This document shows positions 27,867-40,423 of a stretch of DNA of 64,000 nucleotides, piece after piece. The stretch spans positions 249,901-313,900 of the forward strand of contig CAVTOF010000003.1 in NCBI GenBank assembly GCA_963736225.1, given 5' to 3'. The translations under genes and the position numbers were made by a program. Under the pieces are notes generated by a model, which worked only from the letters and a program-made list of their open reading frames with translations, had not been told where the DNA came from and made no database searches. Source of the stretch: an uncultured Acidimicrobiaceae bacterium (lineage in GTDB: Bacteria; Actinomycetota; Acidimicrobiia; Acidimicrobiales; RAAP-2). Positions within the stretch are counted from its first letter, which is position 1. Every line of letters starts with the position of its first letter.

Positions 27867-28817
27867 TCAGGGGTGATCGGCCGAGGCGAGTACGCGCTCG
27901 GTGGCCTCGACGTCCGCCCGCATCTGAGCCACCAGGTCCTCGATGGAGTCGAAGCGCTGCTCGTCCCGCAGGCGGTGGGCGAAGGACACGCGGGCCACCT
28001 CGCCGTAGAGGTCACCTTCGAAGTGCAGCAGGTAGGCCTCCACCAGCACCGGCGCCGTGCCCGGTTCGTAGAAGGTGGGGCGCCGCCCGACCGAGATGGC
28101 CGCCCGGTGCACCGTGCCGTCGGCGCGGCGGAAGTGACCGGCGTAGACCGCGTCCGCCGGGAGCGCGATGTCGTCGCTCACCGCCAGGTTGGCCGTCGGG
28201 AAGCCCAGCTCGGGCCCTCCCCTCCCGTCGCCGCGCACCACCGGCCCCCGCACTTCGTGCGGCCGCCCGAGGAGGCGCGCCGCGCCCTCCACATCCCCGT
28301 CGGTGAGTAGCGCGCGGATGCGCGTCGAGGACACCGCGTCTCGTCCGTCACCGGTCAGGCCCACGCCCACTACCTCGAAGCCGTACTCCGCGCCTAACCG
28401 GCGGAGCAGCTCGACGTTGCCGCGCCGGCCGTGACCGAAGTGGAAGTCCTCCCCGACCACGACCAGTCGTGCCGACAACTCGTCGACGAGCACTTCCTTG
28501 ACGAAGTCCTCGGCGGACTCCTCGGCGCGGACTTCGTCGAAGGGCACGACGAGGGTGCGGTCGATGCCGCACTCGGCCAGCAGCTCGAGCTTCTGCTCCA
28601 ACCCGGTCAGCTGCTTGGGGGCGGACTCGGGACGCACCACCGAGGCAGGGTGCCGGTCGAAGGTGACCACGACGGTGGAGAGGCCGGCTGTCGCCGCCCG
28701 CGCCGAGAGATCGCTGAGCAGCGCACGGTGGCCGAGATGCACCCCGTCGTACGCACCGATCGTGACTGCGGTTCCTGCTCGTGACATCGCGACCGAGGGT
28801 AGTCGGGACCCCGTCAT
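27867..28817 (-). CDS. ribF: Bifunctional riboflavin kinase / FMN adenylyltransferase
   Basis: TIGAYDGVHLGH, the FHFGHGRRGN region, and the kinase part GDGRGGPELGFPTANL. The start chosen is ATG 28817 (ATGA overlap with the truB stop). ATG 28787 is an alternative. The upstream part of ORF 27867..29186 is a shadow. Confidence 0.9.
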   Translation of the reverse strand: MTGSRLPSVAMSRAGTAVTIGAYDGVHLGHRALLSDLSARAATAGLSTVVVTFDRHPASVVRPESAPKQLTGLEQKLELLAECGIDRTLVVPFDEVRAEESAEDFVKEVLVDELSARLVVVGEDFHFGHGRRGNVELLRRLGAEYGFEVVGVGLTGDGRDAVSSTRIRALLTDGDVEGAARLLGRPHEVRGPVVRGDGRGGPELGFPTANLAVSDDIALPADAVYAGHFRRADGTVHRAAISVGRRPTFYEPGTAPVLVEAYLLHFEGDLYGEVARVSFAHRLRDEQRFDSIEDLVAQMRADVEATERVLASADHP

Positions 28818-29698
28818 CCACCCGCCAACACGACGGCTGGCCGGATGCGGTCGGTCCCGGTCGCCTCGTAGACGGCCAGGAGCTCGCCACTCTCGTCGAG
28901 CATCGCCCACGGGCCGTCGCCGGTCGCCCCGAGCGGCACCTTGTCCAGCGGCAACCCGGTCCGGATGGCGGCGGCGCTGGCTTCGTCGACCTGCACCCGC
29001 TCGAGATCGCGCATGGCCTCTGCCGGCGTGAGCACGGCGTCGGGTGCGAGCTGGTCGAGGGGCCGCATCTCGTTGCCGCCGAACGAGCCGATGCGCGTCC
29101 GGCGCAGGTTGGCCACATGGGCGCCACCGCCGAGAGCGGCGCCCAGATCCTGGGCCAGCACCCGGATGTAGGTGCCCGACGAACACTCGATCTCGGCGCG
29201 GTAGACCCCAGGCCGCGCCGGATCGAGCTCGGTCGCAAAGCGGTAGACGGTGACTGGCCGCGCCGCCCGTTCGACCTCGATACCTTGACGGGCCAGCTCG
29301 TGCAGCCGCCGACCGCCCACCTTGACCGCCGAGACCATGGGCGGGACCTGTTCGATCTCACCGGTGAACGTGTCGGCTGCCGCCTGCACGGCCTCGGGCG
29401 TCACCGCGGTCATGTCGAAGGTCTCGAGGACCTCTCCGGAGGCATCAAGGGTCGACGTGGAGATCCCGAGCACGATGTCGGTCGTATAGGTCTTGGGCAG
29501 GGCCGTCAGAAAACGCAAGAGCCGCGTCACCCTTCCCAACCCGACGAGCAGCACCCCGGTGGCGTCGGGGTCGAGCGTGCCGGCATGGCCGACCCGTCGT
29601 TGGCCGAAGATGCCCCGACAGCGCGCCACCACGTCGTGGGAGGTCCACCCGGCTTCCTTGTCGACAACGACCAGGCCGGTCGCGCCCGTGGTGCTCAC
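28814..29698 (-). CDS. truB: tRNA pseudouridine(55) synthase
   Basis: GLVVVDKEAGWTSHDVV and GHAGTLDPDATGVLLVGLG signatures. Confidence 0.93.
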   Translation of the reverse strand: MSTTGATGLVVVDKEAGWTSHDVVARCRGIFGQRRVGHAGTLDPDATGVLLVGLGRVTRLLRFLTALPKTYTTDIVLGISTSTLDASGEVLETFDMTAVTPEAVQAAADTFTGEIEQVPPMVSAVKVGGRRLHELARQGIEVERAARPVTVYRFATELDPARPGVYRAEIECSSGTYIRVLAQDLGAALGGGAHVANLRRTRIGSFGGNEMRPLDQLAPDAVLTPAEAMRDLERVQVDEASAAAIRTGLPLDKVPLGATGDGPWAMLDESGELLAVYEATGTDRIRPAVVLAGG

Positions 29699-30091
29699 TG
29701 GGCGTCGGTCCTGGGCCCCCCGCCCTCCTCGTCGTCGTGCAGCCCGCGTAACAGCTCCTCGACGTGTGAGCCGGCGGCGATGGCGGGATCGGCGCGAAAG
29801 CTCAGGCGAGGTGTGCGCTTCATCGTCATCTGCGCGCCGATCAGGCGTTGGAGGTGGCCGCGTCGGTCTTCGAGCACCACGGAGGTCTCGTCGTCGAGGG
29901 AGGCCAAGAAGACGACGGCGGTGCGCATGTCGGCCGACACCTCCACCGAGGTGACGGTCACCATGGGCAGCTCGTCGGCGTCGGCCAGGCGCTCGAGCTC
30001 CTCGGCCACCACCTGGCGCAGCACCTGGTTGACCCGAAGCGCTCTCGGGTACGTCGCCGTGCGCCGTCTCACGGTCACCGCGTCGAACTCC

Positions 30092-30105
<14 letters not shown>
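29695..30105 (-). CDS. rbfA: Ribosome-binding factor A
   Basis: RALRVNQVLRQVVAEELERL.. with a C-terminal acidic tail. ATG 30105 overlaps the infB 3' end. Confidence 0.9.
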
Positions 30106-32981
<2,876 letters not shown>

Positions 32982-33033
32982 GTGGTTCTCTGTGTCCTTG
33001 GTCTCTCGCGGGGCCCGGGGTCAACCCAGCTCC

Positions 33034-33315
33034 CTATCCTCGCACATCGAGTGGTTCGCCCCCCCACCGCTTCTCCAGATGTGCACGCAACTCCTCCAGC
33101 GCGGCGGCGTCGATGGCCGCCAAAAAGGCCCGGTCGAAGGCGTGCCGTCGCAGTGCGTCATCGACGCACCGCACCGATTCTCGGCACAGCCACGCACCCC
33201 GCCCCGGCGCGTGCCGGTCCTCTGATAGCGCCCCGCCCGGCAGCCGGACGATCCGGATCAGCTGGTCGGCCGGCAGGGCTCGCCGGCAGCCGACACAGGT
33301 CCGTGTCGGCGCTAT
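33034..33315 (-). CDS. ylxR: YlxR/RnpM (DUF448) family RNA-binding protein; no canonical start codon visible
   Basis: This frame is not in the ORF track. It reads ..APTRTCVGCRRALPADQLIRIV..GRGAWLCRESVRCVDDALRRHAFDRAF..EKRWGGEPLDVRG and ends at TAG 33034..33036. It holds the classic position between nusA and infB. The only candidate start after GAGGAGG is ATA 33315..33313. Confidence 0.65.
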   Translation of the reverse strand: MAPTRTCVGCRRALPADQLIRIVRLPGGALSEDRHAPGRGAWLCRESVRCVDDALRRHAFDRAFLAAIDAAALEELRAHLEKRWGGEPLDVRG

Positions 33316-34581
33316 GCCTCGGCCTCCTCTGATACCCCGGCGTCGGCCGGCGTCGCCTCGACCACGACATCAGCGGGCGCGTCGCCTGCCACCGCTGCTG
33401 GTTCCGCCTCGGCTACCGCCTCGGCGGCCCCGTCGGCCTGCGTCGCCTCGGCGGCGGGCGCGTCGCTCGTGTCCTCCGCCTGGTGTGACCATTCCTCGGC
33501 CGACATGGCCTCGCCACCCTCGGCCGGCTTCCACACCAGCTCGCCGCTCTCGTCCTCGATCCACTCGCCCTCGGCCCACTCCTCGCCGCCGTAGCCGGCC
33601 TCTTCCTCGGCCAGCTGAGTCTCGCTCTTGATGTCGATGCGCCAGCCAGTCGAGGCGCGCCGCCAGCCGCGCGTGACCCTCCTTGCCGATGGCGAGGGAG
33701 AGCTGGAAGTCGCTCACGATGACTGTGGCGGTGCCGGTCTCCTCGTCGAGGCGCACCTCGCGCACCGGGCCGGGGCCAGCGCGTTCTGAATGAGCTCGAC
33801 CGCGTCGTCGGAGAACGGCACCACGTCGACACGCTCGCCGCGCAGCTCGTTGGTCACCATGCGCGCGCGCAGAACCGCGGGCCCCAACGCAGGCCCCGAC
33901 GGGGTCGACGTTGGGGTCGTTCGACCACACCGCGATCTTGGTCCGGTGGCCGGGTTCGCGCGCGGCCGCCTTGATCTCCACGACGCCTGAGCCGATCTCG
34001 GGCACCTCGAGCTCGAAGAGTCGCTTGATGAGGCCCGGATGGGTCCGACTGACCACGATCTGGGGACCCTTGGTCGTCTTGCGGACCTCGACGATGTAGG
34101 CCTTCAGGCGCGCCCCGTGCTCGTAGCGCTCGTAGGAGACCTGTTCGGCCTGGGGCAGCAGTGCCTCGACCTTGCCCAGGTCGAGCAGGGTGTAGCGGTT
34201 GTCCGTCTGCTGCACGATCCCGGTGACGATGTCACCCTCGCGGCCGGCGTACTCCTCGTACTTCATGTCGCGCTCGACCTCGCGGATCCGCTGGAGGATC
34301 ACTTGCTTGGCCGTCTGGGCCGCGATGCGCCCGAAGTCATCGGGCGTGTCGTCCCACTCGCGAACGACCTCGCCGTCCTCGTTGAGCTCCTGGCCGTAGA
34401 CGCGGATCTCGCCGGAGTCGGGATCGATGGTGACGACGGCCTCCTCGGCCGCGTCGGGGCGGCGCTTGTAGGCGGCCACCAGCGCGTTCGCGAGGGCGTC
34501 GAGCAGCGTGTCGACCGAGATCCCCTTGTCGCGTGCGATCTGTCCCAACGCGTCGAGGAACTCGAAGTTGGTCTTGCTCAT
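33312..34581 (-). pseudogene. nusA: Transcription termination/antitermination factor NusA; three frame breaks (about 33865, 33766, 33650)
   Basis: The N-terminal, S1 and KH1 regions are intact in ORF 33370..34581 up to ..DPVGACVGARGS. Next comes ..RMVTNELRGERVDVVPFSDDAVELIQNAL.. in the frame of ORF 33312..33536. The first frame returns for REVRLDEETGTATVIVSDFQLSLAIGKEG. The 33312 frame then resumes for ..TGWRIDIKSETQLAEEE.. and the acidic tail. The first break lies in the (GC)5 run at 33861..33870. Confidence 0.9.
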
Positions 34582-35078
34582 TGCCGCGTCACCCTCTCAC
34601 TCTTCGCATTCCGGGCCGCCGGGCCCCACTCGAACACCGTCCGCGCCCGCTCGATCTGGTCGTAGGCGATGCGCAGCTCGCCTCCGGGCACCTCGGGGCC
34701 GGCCACCGTGCACCCCGTGTCGTCGGCCTCGCTGGAGCACGCCCGTGACCCGCTGGACGTCGGGCGTCCCGGCCTCGATCCGCATCGTGACCTTCTCCCC
34801 CAACGCTCGGGCGAAGTGCGCCGGCGTGCGCAGGCGCCGCTCGAGCCCGGGGCTCGACACCGACAGCGTGTAGCGCCCCGGCATCGGGTCGAGATCGTCG
34901 AGCGCCGCCGACACCTCGCGGGTGGCGTCACCCAGCTCGTCGAGGCCGACGCCCCCCTCCCGGTCGACAAAGACCGTGAGTTGGGCCCCGTGGACCTCGA
35001 CGTCGACCAGGTCCAGGCCGCGTTCCTCGAGCAGAGGTGACAGCGCACCCGCCAGGTCGTCCTCGTGTCCTTGCCCAT
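34578..35078 (-). pseudogene. rimP: Ribosome maturation factor RimP; two frame breaks (about 35062, 34738)
   Basis: AAAGGAGAGGAGG lies 8 nt before ATG 35078. The core (..LSPLLEERGLDLVDVEV.., YTLSVSSPGLERRLRTPAHF) is in ORF 34597..35151. The start and the C-terminus (..CTVAGPEVPGGELRIAYDQIERARTVFEW..) are in ORF 34578..35126. ATGA overlap with the nusA start. Confidence 0.85.
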
Positions 35079-35118
35079 CGCCGTCACCTCCTCTCCTTTC
35101 GTCCCTGTTCGTTCGTGC

Positions 35119-35155
35119 CCCAGCAAAGCGAAAGCGTGGGCCGCAGCCCACGCTT
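35119..35155 (-). terminator. Intrinsic terminator/attenuator hairpin between proS and rimP
   Basis: Minus-strand RNA: AAGCGUGGGC-UGCG-GCCCACGCUU, a perfect 10-bp stem (35155..35132) followed by UUUCGCUUUGCU. Confidence 0.65.
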
Positions 35156-35209
35156 CAACGAGGTACTGATTCTAAAATGGACAGCTGGGCAATTATAGCA
35201 ATTCCAGCG

Positions 35210-36622
35210 TCAATACGACCGTGCCACCACCGCCACGAGGTCGCGTTCGTCGTCACCGGGCTCGGCCAGGGACCCGTCGGGACGCTGGACGCAGCGCACG
35301 GTGAGTGCGTGCTCGGCCAAGCGGTCCTCGCCGTCGGGCCCGAGCGCCCCGAGGCGGATCCGGGCAAAGCCGACCGCGCCGGCCTCGACGGCCTCCCCGA
35401 GGGTGGAGACGTCCGTCGTCCGGGCCTCCAGAGCTGCGGTCGCCTCGGCCAGCAGCTCGCGCCCCGCCTCCTCCAGGACCGTGGCGACGGTGCGGGCGAC
35501 CCCGGCCACGGCCACGCTCTGCTTCTCCCGCCGGTGGCGGATCACCACGGTCACGTTGCCGTCGGCGAGATCGCGTGGTCCGACCTCGACCCGGGCCGGG
35601 ACGCCCTTGAGCTCCCAGGCCACGCTGCGCCGGCCAAAGCTGGTGTCGGTGCGGTCGTCGAGGCGGACCCGGTGCCCGAGCGCCCGCAGCTCCGCGGCCA
35701 GCGCGTCCGCCGCCGCTGCCACCTCGGGGGCGTCCTTCACCACCAGCACGACAACCTGCGTCGGAGCCACGGCGGGTGGAAGGCGGAGCCCGAAGTCGTC
35801 GCCGTGGCCCATGATCAGGCCACCGATGAGCCGGGTGGAGACCCCCCACGAGGTCTGCCAGACGTAGTCGAGCGAGCCGGAATCGTTGGCGAAGGTGATG
35901 TCGAAGGGGCGCGAGAAGTTCTGGCCCAGCTCGTGGCTCGTCCCCATCTGCAACGCCTTGCCGTCGCCCATCATCCCCTCGCAGGTCCACGTCTGCGTGG
36001 CGCCGGCGAAACGCTCCCGCGCCGTCTTGTGGCCCGTGAGCACGGGCATGCAGAGCACGTCGAACATGGTGGAGCGATAGACGTCATGGAGGATGCGCAG
36101 CGCGTACGCGCGGGCGTCGTCCTCGGTCGCGTGCGCCGTGTGTCCCTCCTGCCACAGGAATTCTCTGGTGCGAAGGAACAGACGCGGTCGCAATTCCCAG
36201 CGGATCACGTTGGCCCACTGGTTGATGAGGAACGGGAGGTCGCGGTGGCTCTGGATCCACTTCGAGAAGAAGTGGTTGATCACGGTTTCGCTGGTCGGCC
36301 GGAGCACGATCGGCTCGTCGAGTTCCTTGCCTCCGCCGTGCGTCACGATGGCCAGCTCGGGCGCGAACCCTTCCACGTGCTCGGCCTCGAGCTTCAAGAA
36401 TGACTCGGGGATGAAGAGAGGAAAGTAGGCGTTCTCTGCGCCCGCCTCCTTGATGCGGCGGTCGAGCTCGGCCTGCATCAGCTCCCAGATCCCGTACCCC
36501 CAGGGCCGGATGACCATCGTGCCACTCGAGGGGCCGTTGTCGGCCATCTCCGCGCCGGCGATGACCTCTTGGTACCAGCGCGGGAAGTCCTCTTCGCGGG
36601 TGACGATGGCGCCCTTCGGCAT
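35210..36622 (-). CDS. proS: Proline--tRNA ligase, archaeal/eukaryote-like type (no INS editing domain)
   Basis: 470 aa from ATG 36622. Class II motifs (FPLFIP.., LRPTSET, FLRTREFLWQEGHTAH, GTSHELGQNFS), anticodon-binding and C-terminal domains, and a terminal ..VARSY (conserved final Tyr of this type). In the ORF track it is fused to the out-of-frame ispG N-terminus (35210..37978). Confidence 0.92.
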   Translation of the reverse strand: MPKGAIVTREEDFPRWYQEVIAGAEMADNGPSSGTMVIRPWGYGIWELMQAELDRRIKEAGAENAYFPLFIPESFLKLEAEHVEGFAPELAIVTHGGGKELDEPIVLRPTSETVINHFFSKWIQSHRDLPFLINQWANVIRWELRPRLFLRTREFLWQEGHTAHATEDDARAYALRILHDVYRSTMFDVLCMPVLTGHKTARERFAGATQTWTCEGMMGDGKALQMGTSHELGQNFSRPFDITFANDSGSLDYVWQTSWGVSTRLIGGLIMGHGDDFGLRLPPAVAPTQVVVLVVKDAPEVAAAADALAAELRALGHRVRLDDRTDTSFGRRSVAWELKGVPARVEVGPRDLADGNVTVVIRHRREKQSVAVAGVARTVATVLEEAGRELLAEATAALEARTTDVSTLGEAVEAGAVGFARIRLGALGPDGEDRLAEHALTVRCVQRPDGSLAEPGDDERDLVAVVARSY

Positions 36623-36675
36623 CCGTGCAGGGTACTTGGCGGGCGCGCCGTGGCCGGATGACCGACCGCCAAGGC

Positions 36676-37918
36676 TCAGGCTCCGGCGTCGCCCTCGTTG
36701 TGGCGCCGGATGATCTCGATCTTCTCCGCGGCGTGGTTCGGGTCGGCACCGGTCGACTCGAGCACGGCGCGCCGGTCGGCCTCCGCCTCGGCCTCGGCTC
36801 CCGCGTCCGCCGCGGCGATGCGCGCCTCGACACCCTCTGCCACCAGTCGCTCCGCCTCCTCGACGAGCGCGCTGACCATGTCGGCTTCGGGGACGACGCG
36901 GATGATCTTTCCCCGGATGAAGAGGTGGCCCTTCGCTTTGCCCGCCGCGATGCCGAGGTCCGCCTCGCGGGCTTCGCCCGGGCCGTTCACGACGCAGCCC
37001 ATCACGGCCACCTGAATCGGGAGCTGCAATTTCTCGAGCGCCTCCTGGGCCTCCTTGGCCACCGCGATCACGTCGACCTGGGCCCGGCCGCACGAGGGAC
37101 AGGCGATCAGGTCGAGGCCCTTGCGCTCGCGCAGCCCCAGCGACTCGAGCAGCTGGCGTCCGGCCCGGGCCTCCTCGACGGGGTCTGCGGTGAGCGAGAA
37201 GCGGATGGTGTCGCCGATCCCCTCGGCCAGCAGGGTGCCGATGCCGGCGGTGCCCTTGACCAGCCCGGCCGGCGGCGGGCCTGCCTCGGTGACGCCGAGG
37301 TGCAGTGGGTGGTCGAAGGTCTCCGACGCCAGGCGGTAGGCCGCGATCATGAGCGCCACCGACGATGCCTTGACCGAGATCTTGACGTCGCTGAAGCCGA
37401 CCTCCTCGAAGAAGGCCAGCTCGTGCTGCGCCGACTCGACCAGCGCCTCGGGCGTCGCGCCCCCGTACTTCTTGTAGAGGTCCGGGTGCAGCGAGCCGGC
37501 GTTCGACCCCGATGCGGATGGGGACGCCGCGGTCGCGCGCCTCGGCGGCGACCTGCTTGATCTCGGCCTCCTTGCGCAGGTTGCCCGGGTTGAGACGCAG
37601 TCCCTGTACTCCGGCCTCCAGCGCGGCGAGTGCCATCTCGTGGTGGAAGTGGATGTCGGCAACGATCGGGACCGGCGAACGCGGGACGATGTGCGCCAGG
37701 CCCTCGGCTGCCGCCTCCTCGTTGCACGTGCAGCGCACGATGTCCGCGCCCGCGGCGGCGAGCGTGTAGACCTGCGCCAGCGTGCCGTCGACGTCGGCGG
37801 TCTTGGTGGTGGTCATCGACTGCACGCTCACCGGTGCGCCGTCGCCGATGGGAACGCCGCCAAGCGTGATACGCCGGGTCGGGCGGCGTGGTGAGAGGAG
37901 AGCGGAGGAGAGCTCCAC
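36676..37918 (-). pseudogene. ispG: 4-hydroxy-3-methylbut-2-enyl-diphosphate synthase (flavodoxin); one frame break near 37504
   Basis: The N-terminal part ([24 protein letters not shown].., [15 protein letters not shown]) is in the frame of ORF 35210..37978, with a plausible GTG start at 37918. The rest ([14 protein letters not shown].., [24 protein letters not shown]) is in ORF 36676..37662. Confidence 0.88.
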
Positions 37919-37922
37919 GGCG

Positions 37923-39237
37923 TCAGTGCGGTAACTGCAGCGGGTGGGTGATGTCCAGGTAGATGGCGGACAGAGCACGAAGAGCCCAAGAATGCGATGA
38001 AGAGCGCGGCAACGGGGAACAGCTTGGTGATGTCAGCGCGGTAGTAGGTCTGGCCCTTCTTGGTGCGGATCCACTCGTAGCCCGCGATGGCAACATGGCC
38101 GCCGTCGAGGGGGACCATCGGCAGCATGTTGAGGATGCCGAAGACGACGTTGATGGCGATGAGCAGACATCAGGACCGGAAGCCAGACCCTCCTGTTCCG
38201 CCTGCGCGCCGAGGTTGACAATGCCGACGATGGAGGACGGACGAGGTGCCAACTGACGGGTTGTTGGCGACTGCTTGCGCGTACTTGGAGTTGGTCAGTT
38301 GGTGCCACAGCGAGGACGTCCCGAGGGCGAGAACACATGCCCGATGCCGATCACCTCCTGGTCGGCGACCTGCCAGAGGGTGGACACCGCGGCGCCCGGC
38401 GCCGACAGCAGCGCCACGGAATTCGTGGCGGTTCCGATGTTGACACCGAGGTAGGCACGATCGCCCAGGTTCTGGCCGTCCACCTTGACGCCCTTGCCAC
38501 TCTCGGGCGTGGCCGTCAGGTGGAGGAGCCTCCCGTCGCGCTCGACCCCGAGGGTGATCGGCGTGCCGGCCGATCGCTTGATCACGTCGGTCATCGAGTT
38601 GGGGTTGGCAGAACGACTTGCCGTCGATGGAGACGATGGTGTCACCGGCCCGCAACCCGGCGAGCGCTGCCGGTGTCGTCCGGCCCGTCCAGTGCTCGAG
38701 CGACGTCATCTTGTAGTTGTTGGTCAACTGGCCGTAGCCGAGGACGACGATCAGGGCGAGGACCAACGCGATCAAGAAGTGCATGGCCGAGCCCGCCGAA
38801 GCGACGATGATGCGCTGGTGGAAGGGCTGCTGGCGGTAGGCCCGCGTTCTCGTCCGCTTCGTCCACCTCTTCGGTCGAGGTGAACCCGGTGATGCGCACG
38901 TAGCCACCGGCGGGAATGGCCTTGACGCCGTACTCGGTCTCGCCCCGTCGCACCGACCACAGGCGGGGTCCGAAGCCGACGAAGTACTCGGTGACCTTCA
39001 TGCCGGCCCACTTGGCGGTGGCGAAGTGTCCCGAGCTCGTGCAGCATCACGATCGCCACCAGGATCGCGATGAAGAGAAGCAGGTAGCCCCAGCCCAAGA
39101 GAACGAAGAGGCCGGAGATCACCACGATGCCCGACGAGGAGCTGGACGACGCGCGCCGGGTTGCCCTGATCCGGCTCAGCTGGATCAGGCCCGAGGGGCG
39201 GGACGTCCGCCCGTTCCTCCTGCTCGGTGATGGTCAT
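37923..39237 (-). pseudogene. rseP: RIP metalloprotease RseP/Rip1 (site-2 protease); 7-8 frame breaks as sequenced
   Basis: Family sequence must be read across ORFs 38772..39125 (..[10 protein letters not shown]), 38642..39001 ([15 protein letters not shown]..), 38170..38907 (..[19 protein letters not shown].. and the PDZ segment [15 protein letters not shown]), 38295..38645, 38170 again, 37923..38252, 37828..38127 (NMLPMVPLDGGH) and 37923 again. The start is either ATG 39237 or GTG 39125. Confidence 0.8.
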
Positions 39238-39250
39238 GACCAGCTCAACG

Positions 39251-40419
39251 CTACCGGCCGCCCCCCGGCGCCAGGCGTCGGGCGAGGATCTCGCCGGCCC
39301 GGGCTCGGGCTGCTGCATCGGCCGCCAATACCCCTTCGACCTGGTCGACCTGGTCGTCCGTCCAGCCCTCGAGCGTTTCGGCGACGAGGTCTGCGATCCC
39401 GTCCCAGGGCAAGCGACCGTCGAGAAACGCCCCGACTGCCACCTCGTTGGCCGCGCTGAGCCACGCCGGTGCCGACCCCCGGCGCGGCCGGCTTCGTAGG
39501 CCAGGTCGATGCAGCGGAACACCGAGCGATCCGGCGGCTCGAAGGTCAAGGTGCGCGGCTCGGACCAGTCGAGCGCAGCGAAGGGCGACGCAGCCCGGTC
39601 GGGCCATCCGAGCGCGTACCCGATGGGCAGGCGCATGTCGGTGTCGGCCAACTGCGCCAACGTCGACCCGTCGCGCAGCTCCACCATGGAGTGCACGATC
39701 GACTGCGGATGCACGACGATGTCGATGCGGTCGTAGTCGATGCCGAAGAGCTCGTGCGCCTCGATCACCTCGAGGCCCTTGTTCATGAGCGTGGACGAGT
39801 CGACGGTGATCTTCGGGCCCATCGACCAGGTGGGGTGGGCCAGCGCGTCGGCGACGGTGATGGTGCCGAACCGCTCGGCAGGCCAGCCCCGGAACGGGCC
39901 GCCTGACGCCGTGAGCAGCAGTCGCGCGACATCTGTCGCGCCCTGGACCGAGGCGAGGCACTGGTGCAACGCACAGTGCTCCGAATCCACCGGCACGATT
40001 TCCGCTCCGGGTGTGCGGCGAGCCTTCTGGACGACCGGCGCACCGGCGATCAGCGATTCCTTGTTCGCCAGCGCCAGACGCTTGCCCGCCTCGAGCGTGG
40101 CCATCGTCACCGGCAGTCCGGCGAAGCCGACGACGGCGTTGAGCACCACGTCGGCACCGCGCGCCGCGGCAACCATGCCCTCCTCGCCGACCATGACCTC
40201 GGTGCCTGTCGGTACACCGGCGCGCACGTCCGCGGCGAGTGCAGCCTCGCCGATCACGACGAGGTCGGGACGGAACTCGACCGCCTGGGCCACGAGGACC
40301 TCGGAGGAGGTGCGGGCCGCCAGCGCGTGCACGCGGAATCGCTCGGGCTCTCGGCGCACGACGTCGAGGGCCTGGGTGCCGACCGAGCCCGTGGAGCCGA
40401 TCAGGCTGATTGTCCGCAT
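39251..40419 (-). pseudogene. dxr: 1-deoxy-D-xylulose-5-phosphate reductoisomerase; one frame break at a C5/G5 run (39476..39480)
   Basis: ISLIGSTGSVGTQALDV, LANKESL, VDSEH and NKGLEVIEAH lie in ORF 38998..40419. The C-terminus (..SAPAWLSAANEVAVGAFLDGRLPW..) lies in ORF 39251..39961, in another frame. Confidence 0.9.
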
Positions 40420-40423
40420 CAGA

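Noticed and set aside
35192-35213. Canonical sigma-70-type promoter TTGACG .. TATAAT downstream of proS
   Set aside because: The spacer between the two hexamers is only 10 nt, so they cannot work as a -35/-10 pair. Only the extended -10-like TGCTATAAT is retained as a weak hypothesis.
35210-37978. Apparent 922-aa IspG-ProRS fusion protein
   Set aside because: Only the first ~150 residues and the last 470 are meaningful. The middle is Arg/Gly-rich nonsense, while the true IspG continuation sits in ORF 36676..37662. The fusion is read-through caused by a one-base insertion near 37504.
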